Source of the DNA: Spirochaetota bacterium
GTDB lineage: Bacteria > Spirochaetota > Spirochaetia > Treponematales > UBA12059
Length of the DNA stretch: 62,979 nucleotides
Direction of reading: 5' to 3'
Assembly (NCBI GenBank): GCA_020048755.1
Contig: JAIFMD010000029.1
Span: 1-62,979 of the forward strand
The notes beneath the pieces are model-generated. The model did not search any database and was not told the origin of the DNA. It was given only the letters and a program-made list of their open reading frames with translations. Position numbers and translations under genes: made by a program. This document shows positions 25,743 through 34,449 of the stretch, one piece after another. Numbering within the stretch: position 1 is the stretch's first letter; the number at the start of each line of letters is the position of its first letter.

Positions 25743-26987
25743 TCAGTCTTCGCGTTCTATGGGGCAGGTCATACAGCGGGCGCCGCCACCGCCGCGGGCG
25801 AGTTCCACGCCGTCAAAGCCTACGGCGAGGCGGTTGAAAGAGAGGGGATCCTGGCCGCCGATCAGGAAATCGTTGGCGGAGCGGATCTCGAACCCGGCCT
25901 TTGAGAGCGCTTCGAGGGTGTGGACGTTGCATGAGTACATGATTATCTTGCCTGGAGCAAAGCTGAACGAGTTGGCACCGGAGAGCCATTGTTCGCGTTC
26001 CTGCCGGAGTGGATCGGCTCCACCGGTCAGGACTGGTTTCAGGTCGACTCCGACGGCTTTGAGGCCGGCCAGCAGTGATGCAACTTCAGTCAGGCGGGCA
26101 GGTTTGCCCGGTACCGCGTCGATCCGTATGGCCTGGGCCCTGCGATGGCCGAGTATGACTGGCTCGTATACGAGGCACGCATCCTTGTCGATGACGGTGA
26201 AGGCCATGTCGAGGTGGATGGTAGCTCGGGCTACAGGCAGGACGACGGCGAAGATCGTGACCGGTTCGCCATAGCTCTCCACGATTGCCTGGGCCGCAAA
26301 ATCAATGGCGTCTGCACTTGTCCGCTCCGAGACTCCTATGACGACTACGTTTTTGCTTATAACCTGGAAATCGCCGCCTTCTATTGAAAATCCATCCTTG
26401 ACCAGTGCCGGACCGTCTATGAGGCGTCCTCCACCCTTGAAATCGGGATGATACTCGAACACAAAGCGGTTGATCATCGCCTCCGCCCGGCGAACCGGGA
26501 ACCGCATTGCTGAAGATATGGATTTGTTCCTGTAGACCATGGCTGCGTCGCGCATGAAGTACATGTTCGGCAGGGGGGGAATGTCAAAATCAGCACCCTT
26601 TATAAAGGACGAGAGCCTGGCGTGCCGTGACCGCAAGCCTGAAATGGCCGTTCTGGCAAGGGTTACAGCATCCATGGCCAGGATTTCTTCGCTCCGGTGG
26701 TCGACATGATAGTACGAGCGCAAAAGTTCAGCAAAGGTTTTTCGCGGTCCGTTTGCTGCCAGGGTTTCTGTGAGGAGGTCCCTGAGTTCGCTGACCTCAG
26801 CTACTTTGGACAAGAATCCCTTGAGCTGTGAATGTTCGCGTTTTACGACCTCGAGCGGGATGATGTCGTTATAGAGTTCTTCTTCGGCTCGGCTCGGGCG
26901 CATGGCTTCGACTTCTTCACCGGGTGTGTGCACTATCACCCTGCGAAGACGACCGGTCTCCGAGAGTATGTTCAGGCTCTTGTCCAT
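25743..26987 (-). CDS. arcA: Arginine deiminase-family protein
   Basis: N-terminus 'LSETGRLRRVIVHTPGEE'. C-terminus 'ARGGGGARCMTCPIER' contains the catalytic Cys context of the guanidino-modifying superfamily. ATG 26987 was chosen and is preceded by 'aagggggg'. Confidence 0.7.
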   Translation of the reverse strand: MDKSLNILSETGRLRRVIVHTPGEEVEAMRPSRAEEELYNDIIPLEVVKREHSQLKGFLSKVAEVSELRDLLTETLAANGPRKTFAELLRSYYHVDHRSEEILAMDAVTLARTAISGLRSRHARLSSFIKGADFDIPPLPNMYFMRDAAMVYRNKSISSAMRFPVRRAEAMINRFVFEYHPDFKGGGRLIDGPALVKDGFSIEGGDFQVISKNVVVIGVSERTSADAIDFAAQAIVESYGEPVTIFAVVLPVARATIHLDMAFTVIDKDACLVYEPVILGHRRAQAIRIDAVPGKPARLTEVASLLAGLKAVGVDLKPVLTGGADPLRQEREQWLSGANSFSFAPGKIIMYSCNVHTLEALSKAGFEIRSANDFLIGGQDPLSFNRLAVGFDGVELARGGGGARCMTCPIERED

Positions 26988-27128
26988 GAAAGCCCCCCTT
27001 TTGCCGAGCAGGATACCGCTATCCCGGACAGTCCACAAGCTCGGCCCGCATTACGCTAAAAATACATTGAGGGCACTCAGACTGCATAAATATACAGAAC
27101 CGGCCTGGCTACTACACGTCAAAAATTT

Positions 27129-27392
27129 GACAGGATGTACATGATGAAGTCCAAGAGATAGACAGGATAAAGGAGCGGAGAAAACAAGACGAGAGCTTTG
27201 GAATTTTCTCACCCTGTACATCTCTTTTTTATCCTGTAAATCCTGTCTGATTTTGGATTTTCACCAAGAAAAAACAGGATTTACAGGATGAAATCGAAGA
27301 GATGTACATGATCAAGGAGCGGAGAATACAAGATTAAAGCTTTAAGGCTTTCTTATCCTGTTCATCTCCCTTTCTTATCCTGTAAATCCTGT
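27129..27392. repeat. Two tandem ~120-bp MITE-like hairpin elements carrying the 'atcctgtaaatcctgt' motif
   Basis: The perfect 16-mer 'atcctgtaaatcctgt' occurs at 27231-27246 and 27377-27392, and its reverse complement 'acaggatttacaggat' at 27274-27289. Both units share the core 'gatgtacatgat..aaggagcggagaa.acaaga'. No ORF is present. Confidence 0.85.
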
Positions 27393-27418
27393 AAAATCTT
27401 GAATAAAAACCAAGACTG

Positions 27419-27644
27419 CAGGCTCAGCTGCAGCCTGTAGTGCTGCCGCAGGTTTCGGCGCGGGAGTACCCGCGATGCAGGTTCGCCGGAGTACCGGCGC
27501 ACCTGCTCATTATTGGTACCTGAAATGCGAAACACATCTCTGGGCACAGCCTTTCAACAGGCTCAGCTGCAGCCCGTAGTGCTCCCACATGTTTCGGCGC
27601 GGGAGTACCCGCGATGCAGGTCCGCCGGAGCGGACCTGCTCATT
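27419..27644. repeat. Two direct copies (~93 and ~87 nt, 139-nt period) of a multi-hairpin GC-rich element in the nrdJ 3' region
   Basis: Copy 1 is 27419-27511 and copy 2 is 27558-27644. Both run 'caggctcagctgcagcc.gtagtgct.c..ca.gtttcggcgcgggagtacccgcgatgcaggt.cgccggag...acctgctcatt'. Internal stems include cgcggg/cccgcg with loop 'agta', and ccgg-agta-ccgg. Confidence 0.85.
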
Positions 27645-27693
27645 CATGACGCCTCAAGTGTGAGACGCTTATTGCAAATTCAGCAAGAATGAC

Positions 27694-30600
27694 TCAACTA
27701 CAACCAGTTGTACTTCCACAAGTCTCACACTTGAGGCAGGTGCCGTTGCGGACTAATGTCAGGTGGCCGCAGACGGGGCAGGGGTCGCCTTCGTAGCCTT
27801 TCATCTTGGCTTTCTTGGAATCGTCCTTGGGGCGGGCGGCCTGCGGCGTGGAGATCGAGCGCTCGGCTGTTTCCTGGGCCCGCTGTTCGGACTCACGCTT
27901 GGCTTTGCCGTTCTGGGTGCTGGTGGCGTTCAGGTCTTCGGGCTTAATCTGGCCAAGGTCGTAGCGGTCCTGGTAGCTTATGGCAAGGTCGCGGAACACG
28001 TAGTCGAGCACGCTCGTGGCCATCTTGATGTACTCGTGGCCCTGGACCATGCCGTTGGGTTCAAAGCGGCTGAAGGTAAAGGCATCTACGTATTCTTCCA
28101 GCGGCACGCCGTACTGGAGGCCCAGAGAGACGGCTATGGCAAACGAGTTGAGGAGGCTCCTGAAGGCGGCTCCTTCCTTGTGCATGTCAAGGAAGATTTC
28201 GCCCAGGCGGCCGTCATCGTATTCGCCGGTACGCACGAAGACTGAATGGCCGCCTATTTTGGCTTTCTGGGTGTAGCCGTCGCGCCGGTTGGGTAGTGAA
28301 TGGCGGACGCTGGCAAAGGCTACCTGTTGCTCCGGTGCCGCGGCAGGCTGCGAGGTTGCGGGAGGAGCGGCCTGGAGCGCGATGAGGCCTTCAGCCAGCG
28401 GGTTTGCACCGGCTGCGATTGAAGACAGTGGCTGGGAGAGCTTGGATCCGTCCCTGTAGAGTGCGATTGACTTGAGCATGCTCTTCCATGCGGTCATGTA
28501 GGCGCCCTTGACGTCATCGAAGCTCGCGGAATCGGGCATGTTGATTGTCTTTGATATGGCGCCAGAGACGAAGGGCTGGGTGGCGGCCATCATTGCTATG
28601 TGCGCCTGCCAGGCTATTGACCGGGTGGCGTTCCTGCCTGAGGGGGTCGCGGTGTCGAATACCGCGTAGTGCGACTTCTTGATGTGCGGCGCGCCTTCTA
28701 TGCCCATGGTTCCGCAGGCCCACGCCTCGGCTGTTGCAATTTCTGCCTCGGAAAAGCCCAGGTAGGTGAGGATGTCAAAACCGGGTTCGCTCCGTACGTC
28801 CGCCACAGCGCCGACAGCATCGTAGGCTTCAGAGCCGAGCGTATAGGGGTTGAAGGCTGCATCGAGTCCCATTGCGTCCTTGAGCACCTTGTCGGCTTTG
28901 GAAATCGCAGCTTCCGGCAAGCCTTTTTCAAGCAACATCGACACCGAGATGCCCGGAGCGCCGTCGAGTGAGCCACGGCCCACCATGTAGAGCCGGACAT
29001 CTTCGATCTGCTCGTCGGTATAACCAAGCGCGTGCAGGGCGGGTGGAATGGAATTGTTGACTATCTTGAAGTAGCCACCGCCGGCCAGTTTCTTGAACTT
29101 GACCAGGGCAAAGTCGGGTTCGATGCCTGTGGTGTCGCAGTCCATGAGGAGTCCGATGGTACCCGTTGGGGCAATGGCCGTGGTCTGGGCGTTGCGGAAT
29201 CCGTGGGCTTCACCGATGGAAAGCGCATCATCCCAGGACGCTTTTGCCGCCGCGACAAGATTGGCCGGAGCCTTTTTCGGATCCAGCGCCAGGGGTGGTA
29301 CTGACAGCTCTTCGTATTCCGAAGAGGCAGCGCCCATGGCAGCGCGGCGATGATTCCTGATGACCCTGAGCATTGCGTCGGTATTGGCGCCGTAGCGGGC
29401 AAAGGGGCCGAACTGGGCAGCCATGCGGGCTGAATGCGCATAGGACTCGCCGGTGAGTATGGCGCTGAGGGCGGCCGCGGTGGCACGACCCTCGTCGGAA
29501 TCGTAGGGTTGGCCCATCAGCATGAGCAGGGTGCCCAGATTGGCATATCCGAGTCCAAGCGTGCGGTAGTCGTAGCTCTTGCGGGCAATTTCCTTTGACG
29601 GGAACTGGGCCATTGCAACGGAAATCTCCAGGGTCATCGTCCAGAGCCTCACCGCATGGCGATACGAGTCCGCATCGAAGGCGCGGGTCTTGTGGTTGTA
29701 GAACGACGTGAGGTTGAGCGAGGCGAGGTTGCAGGCCGTGTCGTCAAGGAACATGTACTCGGAGCAGGGGTTGGAGCCGCGGATGGCACCATCAGCAGGG
29801 CAGGTGTGCCAGTCGTTTACCGTAGTGTGGAACTGCAGTCCGGGATCGGCGCACTGCCAGGCCGACTTGGCGATGCGGTCCCATAGCGAACGCGCCTTGA
29901 CCGTCTTCATGGTCTTGCCACCGCGGCGCATGGTCAGAGCCCAGTCCTTGTTCTTGGCAACAGCCTCCATGAACTCGTTGGTGACGCGGACGGAGTTGTT
30001 GGAGGACTGGCCTGAAACGGTGTTGTAGGCTTCACCTTCCCAGTTGGCGTCGAAGACGGGGCCGTCAATGTCCGGATCGCCGTCTTCTATGCGCCGCAGG
30101 AGCTGGTACACGTACGCGCCGGGAACGCCTGCGTCCAGCGCTTCCTTGGCGGCGGTGCGGAGCCAGGGGTTGGCATCGAACGACAGCCGGTCCGCGGCTG
30201 CCACATCCGCCCTGGAAGCGGCGTCGCGCATGGCGGTGGAATAGCGCTTGAGCGCCTTGCTGCCGGTCACGAGGCTGGCGACCTTGTACTCCTCACCCGC
30301 TTTCCAGTCCACGAAGCTCTCGATGTCGGGGTGGTCAGCGTCCAGGATGACCATCTTGGCGGCCCGTCTGGTGGTGCCGCCCGACTTGATGGCCGCGGCT
30401 GAACGGTCGGCTATCTTGAGGAACGAGAGCAACCCGCTCGAGACTCCGCCGCCCGACAGGGTTTCGTTGGCACCGCGGATTTTTGAAAAGTTGGAGCCGG
30501 TACCCGATCCATACTTGAACAGCCGGGCCTCGCGTTCGACGAGGTCCATGATGCCGCCCTCGTTGACAAGGTCATCTTCGACATTGAGGATGAAGCAGGC

Positions 30601-31164
30601 GTGGGGCTGTGGGCGCTCGTAGGCGCTGGTGGATGCGACTACCTCTCCCGTAGCCGGGTCGACATAATAATGGCCTTGGGCGGGGCCTTCGAGGCCATAG
30701 ACTGCATGGAGGCCAGTGTTGAACCATTGGGGGCTGTTGGGAGCGCCCATCTGCCTGGCGAGCATGTGGCAGATTTCATCGTAGTAGGCCTTTTCGTCGG
30801 CTTCACTGTCAAAATAGCCGGATTCCTTGCCCCAGAGGAGCCAGGTATAGGCAAGACGGTGTATGACCTGCCGTGCGTCGTGCTCTGAGCCCGGGGTAGG
30901 AGAGGCTCCGGCCAGAGCCTGCTGGGTTTCTGGAACAAAGGCACGCCAGGCATCGGCCTTGTCCGCGGGGACGCCAGCCTTGCGGAAATATTTCTGGGCT
31001 ATGATATCGGTAGCTATCTGGCTCCAGGTGGACGGTACGATGACGCTGTCCATCCTGAAAACCGACCTGCCGTCGGGATTCCGTATCTCGGAGACGCGCC
31101 TTTCCCACTGTATTCCTTCATAGGGACCCTTGCCGGCGGTCGTGAATTTTCTATCGATCTTCAT
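27694..31164 (-). CDS. nrdJ: Class II (adenosylcobalamin-dependent) ribonucleotide reductase
   Basis: '[10 protein letters not shown]', 'PHACFIL', '[23 protein letters not shown]' and the C-terminal Zn-ribbon '[22 protein letters not shown]'. ATG 31164 was chosen because 'ggaggaaatt' precedes it. Confidence 0.9.
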   Translation of the reverse strand: MKIDRKFTTAGKGPYEGIQWERRVSEIRNPDGRSVFRMDSVIVPSTWSQIATDIIAQKYFRKAGVPADKADAWRAFVPETQQALAGASPTPGSEHDARQVIHRLAYTWLLWGKESGYFDSEADEKAYYDEICHMLARQMGAPNSPQWFNTGLHAVYGLEGPAQGHYYVDPATGEVVASTSAYERPQPHACFILNVEDDLVNEGGIMDLVEREARLFKYGSGTGSNFSKIRGANETLSGGGVSSGLLSFLKIADRSAAAIKSGGTTRRAAKMVILDADHPDIESFVDWKAGEEYKVASLVTGSKALKRYSTAMRDAASRADVAAADRLSFDANPWLRTAAKEALDAGVPGAYVYQLLRRIEDGDPDIDGPVFDANWEGEAYNTVSGQSSNNSVRVTNEFMEAVAKNKDWALTMRRGGKTMKTVKARSLWDRIAKSAWQCADPGLQFHTTVNDWHTCPADGAIRGSNPCSEYMFLDDTACNLASLNLTSFYNHKTRAFDADSYRHAVRLWTMTLEISVAMAQFPSKEIARKSYDYRTLGLGYANLGTLLMLMGQPYDSDEGRATAAALSAILTGESYAHSARMAAQFGPFARYGANTDAMLRVIRNHRRAAMGAASSEYEELSVPPLALDPKKAPANLVAAAKASWDDALSIGEAHGFRNAQTTAIAPTGTIGLLMDCDTTGIEPDFALVKFKKLAGGGYFKIVNNSIPPALHALGYTDEQIEDVRLYMVGRGSLDGAPGISVSMLLEKGLPEAAISKADKVLKDAMGLDAAFNPYTLGSEAYDAVGAVADVRSEPGFDILTYLGFSEAEIATAEAWACGTMGIEGAPHIKKSHYAVFDTATPSGRNATRSIAWQAHIAMMAATQPFVSGAISKTINMPDSASFDDVKGAYMTAWKSMLKSIALYRDGSKLSQPLSSIAAGANPLAEGLIALQAAPPATSQPAAAPEQQVAFASVRHSLPNRRDGYTQKAKIGGHSVFVRTGEYDDGRLGEIFLDMHKEGAAFRSLLNSFAIAVSLGLQYGVPLEEYVDAFTFSRFEPNGMVQGHEYIKMATSVLDYVFRDLAISYQDRYDLGQIKPEDLNATSTQNGKAKRESEQRAQETAERSISTPQAARPKDDSKKAKMKGYEGDPCPVCGHLTLVRNGTCLKCETCGSTTGCS

Positions 31165-31181
31165 AATTTCCTCCAAATCAT

Positions 31182-31214
31182 CCAAACCGCCATACCAGTA
31201 CTGGTATGGTTTGG
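31182..31214 (-). promoter_or_regulatory. 33-nt palindrome at the predicted 5' end of the nrdJ mRNA (operator or 5' stem-loop)
   Basis: Perfect 20-bp palindrome 'ccataccagtactggtatgg' (31190-31209), extended by ccaaa/tttgg with a 3-nt bulge. It lies 18 nt upstream of the nrdJ ATG. Confidence 0.6.
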
Positions 31215-31216
31215 TA

Positions 31217-31245
31217 ATTATATGTCGATATGCTGTACCTGTCTA
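31217..31245 (-). promoter_or_regulatory. Candidate sigma70 promoter of nrdJ
   Basis: On the minus strand: 'TAGACA' (31240-31245), a 17-nt spacer, then 'TATAAT' (31217-31222). Confidence 0.45.
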
Positions 31246-31300
31246 GTATCGCAAGAGCGGCTAACGGCAAGGCTCTACCGGGCCGATACTGATATTGAAT

Positions 31301-32824
31301 ATGGAAACACTTGTTGTCATCAACGCAACCCGCGTCAACGAATTTGCCGGCATGCCGCTGGCTGGCGGACAAAGCGCTCTGGACCGCGTTCTGGCTTTTG
31401 CCCGTAGCCTCACTGGTGGCTCACCGGACCTCCTGGTCCTGGCCTCGCAATCGGTACCCGAACTCGGGGTTGAGATGGTCAGAAAGCCCGCCTGGAGCAT
31501 GCATGATGTCCTCACCGAAGCCGCCACCTTTGCGGCGTCCCGCCCCGATGCAGACGCCGTTCTGTACCTGCATGCCGACGCGCCGTTCGTAGATGCCGAA
31601 CTGACGGCTACGCTCCTGGAGCTGCACCGGAGGTACCGCGCGGAGTACACCTTTGCAGACGGATACCCGCCCGGTTTCGCGCCTGAACTGCTTGCAATAA
31701 AATCGTTGCCCAACCTCATCGAACTTGCGGCTAAAAATGATGCGCCTGTAGAACGCGATGGCCTGTTCTCGGTCATACAGAAGGATATCAATTCGTACGA
31801 CATCGAGACTCACCTTTCTCCGGTAGACTTGCGTGCGTACCGTTTTTCGCCCGTATGCGATTCAAAGCGCAACTTCATCGCTGCCGAACGCCTGTGGAAT
31901 CTGGGAGCTCGTTCCGCTGAAGACGTGACGAAATTACTGCCCGTCCATCCGGAACTCCTGCGCACCCTGCCCGCGTTCATGTGGGTGCAGATTGCCGAGG
32001 CCTGTCCCCAGTCCTGTTCATACTGTCCGTATCCTCTCATGAAAGGCGACCCACGCAAACTGACCGGTTTCATGCCGACAGAACGCTTCGGGCGGCTCAT
32101 GCTGGACGCCGAAGTGCTGTGTGATGATCTGGTCGTCGATGTGTCGCTGTGGGGCGAGCCGTCGCTGCATCCGGATTTTTCCGGCATAGCCGAAGCGGTG
32201 CTGGCAAGGCCTCGTTTCACCCTGATAGTCGAGACGAGCGGCATAGGCTGGACCCAGGGACTGGCCGAATCATTGGCAGCAAAGGCAGGCCCGCGCATCC
32301 AGTGGATCGTTTCACTGGATGATGCGGACGACGAAGGCTATCTGGCAATCCGTGGCGAGGGCAAGGATGAGGCTACGGCATTTGCCGAACGGCTCCTGCG
32401 GGTATCGCCTGGCAACGTGCATGCCCAGGCCGTGCGCATGAAAGACAACGAACCCCGGCTTGAGGCGTTCTATCGTGGCTGGAAGAAGCGTGGAGACAAG
32501 GTAATAGTGCAGAAGTACGACTCCTTCGCGGGGTGCCTGCCGGACAGGACGGTTGCCGAACTCGTTCCTCTGGACCGTCTGCCGTGCAGGCACCTGGCCC
32601 GTGACCTTGCGGTCCTTGTCGATGGCAGCGTGCCACCCTGCAAACATTGCCTGGTATCGCGTGATGATGGCCGGCTCGGGTATGCGGAAATTTCCGGAAA
32701 CGCCTTCGACGATGGACTCGAATCGATATGGAACCGGACTGGCGCGTGGTATGACCGGCACCTGGCCTCGGATTATCCCCTCCCGTGTGGACGTTGCGAT
32801 GAATACCATACCTTTAACGCTTGA
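31301..32824 (+). CDS. Cytidylyltransferase-like domain fused to a radical SAM/SPASM domain ('spiro-SPASM'-type protein)
   Basis: The N-terminus 'LVVINATRVNEFAGMPLAGGQSALDRVL' is SpsF-like nucleotidyltransferase. Cx3Cx2C 'CPQSCSYC' at nt 32003-32026. C-terminal Cys cluster 'CRHLARDLAVLVDGSVPPCKHC...CGRCDEY'. Confidence 0.75.
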   Translation: METLVVINATRVNEFAGMPLAGGQSALDRVLAFARSLTGGSPDLLVLASQSVPELGVEMVRKPAWSMHDVLTEAATFAASRPDADAVLYLHADAPFVDAELTATLLELHRRYRAEYTFADGYPPGFAPELLAIKSLPNLIELAAKNDAPVERDGLFSVIQKDINSYDIETHLSPVDLRAYRFSPVCDSKRNFIAAERLWNLGARSAEDVTKLLPVHPELLRTLPAFMWVQIAEACPQSCSYCPYPLMKGDPRKLTGFMPTERFGRLMLDAEVLCDDLVVDVSLWGEPSLHPDFSGIAEAVLARPRFTLIVETSGIGWTQGLAESLAAKAGPRIQWIVSLDDADDEGYLAIRGEGKDEATAFAERLLRVSPGNVHAQAVRMKDNEPRLEAFYRGWKKRGDKVIVQKYDSFAGCLPDRTVAELVPLDRLPCRHLARDLAVLVDGSVPPCKHCLVSRDDGRLGYAEISGNAFDDGLESIWNRTGAWYDRHLASDYPLPCGRCDEYHTFNA

Positions 32825-33761
32825 CGCCTACCGCCCAACGTATACCGTACTTGGCGGCGTCCGGGGTAGTGGTTCCAGGGACAGGTTTCCTGTTTCGGTG
32901 CTGCTGCTCAACCGGGGCCCGCGACTCTATCGTGCGGCGATGATCCAGGAACTGGTCAAGGTCGGCTTCGATTCGATAGTCTCCATGGAGGGGATAAGCG
33001 ATTCACCCGAGCTCGAGGGGCTTGCCTCGAAACATCCGCAGGTGCGGTTCATCTGCATGCATGACGACTGCAATCTCGGCGCAAAGATGAACATAGGCAT
33101 GCGGGAGTCAACTGCCCCGTTCGTGTTCGTATTGTGGAATGACCTGCGCCTCGCGACGAGTACCCTGTCCAGCCGTTTTTTCGACAAGGTGCTTGACCTC
33201 GATGTTGCCTGCCTCGTGCCCACGCTCAGCGATGCTGCCGGATCACTTGTTCCATCCATCAGCAATCCGGCCCAGTCTGGCAAGGCCTTCAGGGTTGTAC
33301 CGCTGCCCCCCAGTGCCGATGGCGAGAAGAGCCTGTATCCATTCGATGCCTGCGGAATCTATTCCAGAGAAAAATTCACCATGCTTGGCGGATACGACTG
33401 GACCATCGACAATCCGTACTGGCAGAAGCTTGATTTTGGGATGCGTACCTGGCTTTGGGGAGAGAAAATACAATACGCCCAGGCACTCAGGCTCAAATAC
33501 GAGTCTAATCCACCTGCCGACGACACAACCCCCAATATCGATTATGGCCGGTTCTGGCTCAAGAACCTCGCTCCCATGTATCGCGGCGATGCGGCGACGC
33601 TTCCCCGGTCCCGCCTGTGGAGTTACATGCTTCGATCGCGCAGGAATCCTTCGGCCGCCCTCGATGAGTTCAAGGCAGCCCGGGAATGGGTGGATGCGTG
33701 TGCCTATCGATTCAAGGCAGACGCAACACGGCTTGCAGACCTATGGGATCCACTCTCGTGA
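32799..33761 (+). CDS. Glycosyltransferase family 2-like protein (degenerate motifs)
   Basis: 'VSVLLLNRGPRLYRAAMIQELVKVGFDSIV...NLGAKMNIGMRESTAPFVFVLWNDLRL' resembles a GT-A fold N-terminus. 26-nt overlap with the preceding gene. Confidence 0.45.
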   Translation: MNTIPLTLDAYRPTYTVLGGVRGSGSRDRFPVSVLLLNRGPRLYRAAMIQELVKVGFDSIVSMEGISDSPELEGLASKHPQVRFICMHDDCNLGAKMNIGMRESTAPFVFVLWNDLRLATSTLSSRFFDKVLDLDVACLVPTLSDAAGSLVPSISNPAQSGKAFRVVPLPPSADGEKSLYPFDACGIYSREKFTMLGGYDWTIDNPYWQKLDFGMRTWLWGEKIQYAQALRLKYESNPPADDTTPNIDYGRFWLKNLAPMYRGDAATLPRSRLWSYMLRSRRNPSAALDEFKAAREWVDACAYRFKADATRLADLWDPLS

Positions 33762-33769
33762 TACCTGCC

Positions 33770-34444
33770 ATGAAAACCGGTGTTGTCGTGCAGATGCGGC
33801 TGGATTCCAGGAGGTTGCCGGGCAAGGCCTTGCTTCCTCTGGGCGGTACAAACCTCGCCGGCATGGTGCTGCGCAGGTTGCGCGCCCTGGCCGTGGACGA
33901 GTATGTGCTGGCAACCGACCCTGACGGGGCCAAAGCATTCGCGGATGTAGCCAGTGAATCTGGCTTTTCTGTTTTTGCAGGACCAAAAGACGACGTGCTC
34001 GCACGCTACACAATGGCGGCCGAGGCTTTTGGGCTCACACGGCTCATCCGGGCAACCGGTGACAATCCCTTCGTGTCGGTAACCCTGGCAGTCCTGGCGA
34101 TGGATGCCGCGGATGAATCCGGCGCCGACTATGTGGGGCTAGTCGGGATGCCTGTGGGGATGGGGGTAGAAGTGGTCAGCGTTGCTGCCCTCTGCAAGGC
34201 AGCGGGAGCAGCAACGAGCACTTTCGACCGGGAGCACGTATGCCCGTATCTCTACACAAACCCTTCTGTTTTTTCCATCCTCAGACCCGAGTGCCCCATT
34301 GCATACCGGTTGCCCGGAGCCCGGATTACCGTGGATACGCCCGCTGATTTCAAACAGGCGGAGGCACTAGTGGCTGCTCTCGGCCCCCTGCCTTCTGACA
34401 ATGCGATACTTGCCTGGCTCAAGGGCCCGCAGAAAGGCACTTGA
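33770..34444 (+). CDS. SpsF-like cytidylyltransferase (CMP-sugar synthase family)
   Basis: 'VVVQMRLDSRRLPGKALLPLGG' matches the SpsF / acylneuraminate cytidylyltransferase N-terminal motif. GTG 33758 is an alternative start. Confidence 0.7.
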   Translation: MKTGVVVQMRLDSRRLPGKALLPLGGTNLAGMVLRRLRALAVDEYVLATDPDGAKAFADVASESGFSVFAGPKDDVLARYTMAAEAFGLTRLIRATGDNPFVSVTLAVLAMDAADESGADYVGLVGMPVGMGVEVVSVAALCKAAGAATSTFDREHVCPYLYTNPSVFSILRPECPIAYRLPGARITVDTPADFKQAEALVAALGPLPSDNAILAWLKGPQKGT

Positions 34445-34449
34445 ACACC

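Noticed and set aside
27129-27644. A possible CRISPR array in the 655-nt repeat-rich gap.
   Set aside because: The repeats fall into two unrelated families and are inverted as well as direct, with unequal spacing (43, 103 and 139 nt). Some are longer than CRISPR repeats. No cas genes or leader are present in the window.
31165-31300. A cobalamin riboswitch or NrdR box upstream of nrdJ.
   Set aside because: The region is only ~130 nt and is mostly occupied by the promoter and palindrome. I see no B12-box-like sequence, and nothing resembling the 16-bp NrdR box consensus as I recall it. An Rfam or motif scan would be needed to be certain.
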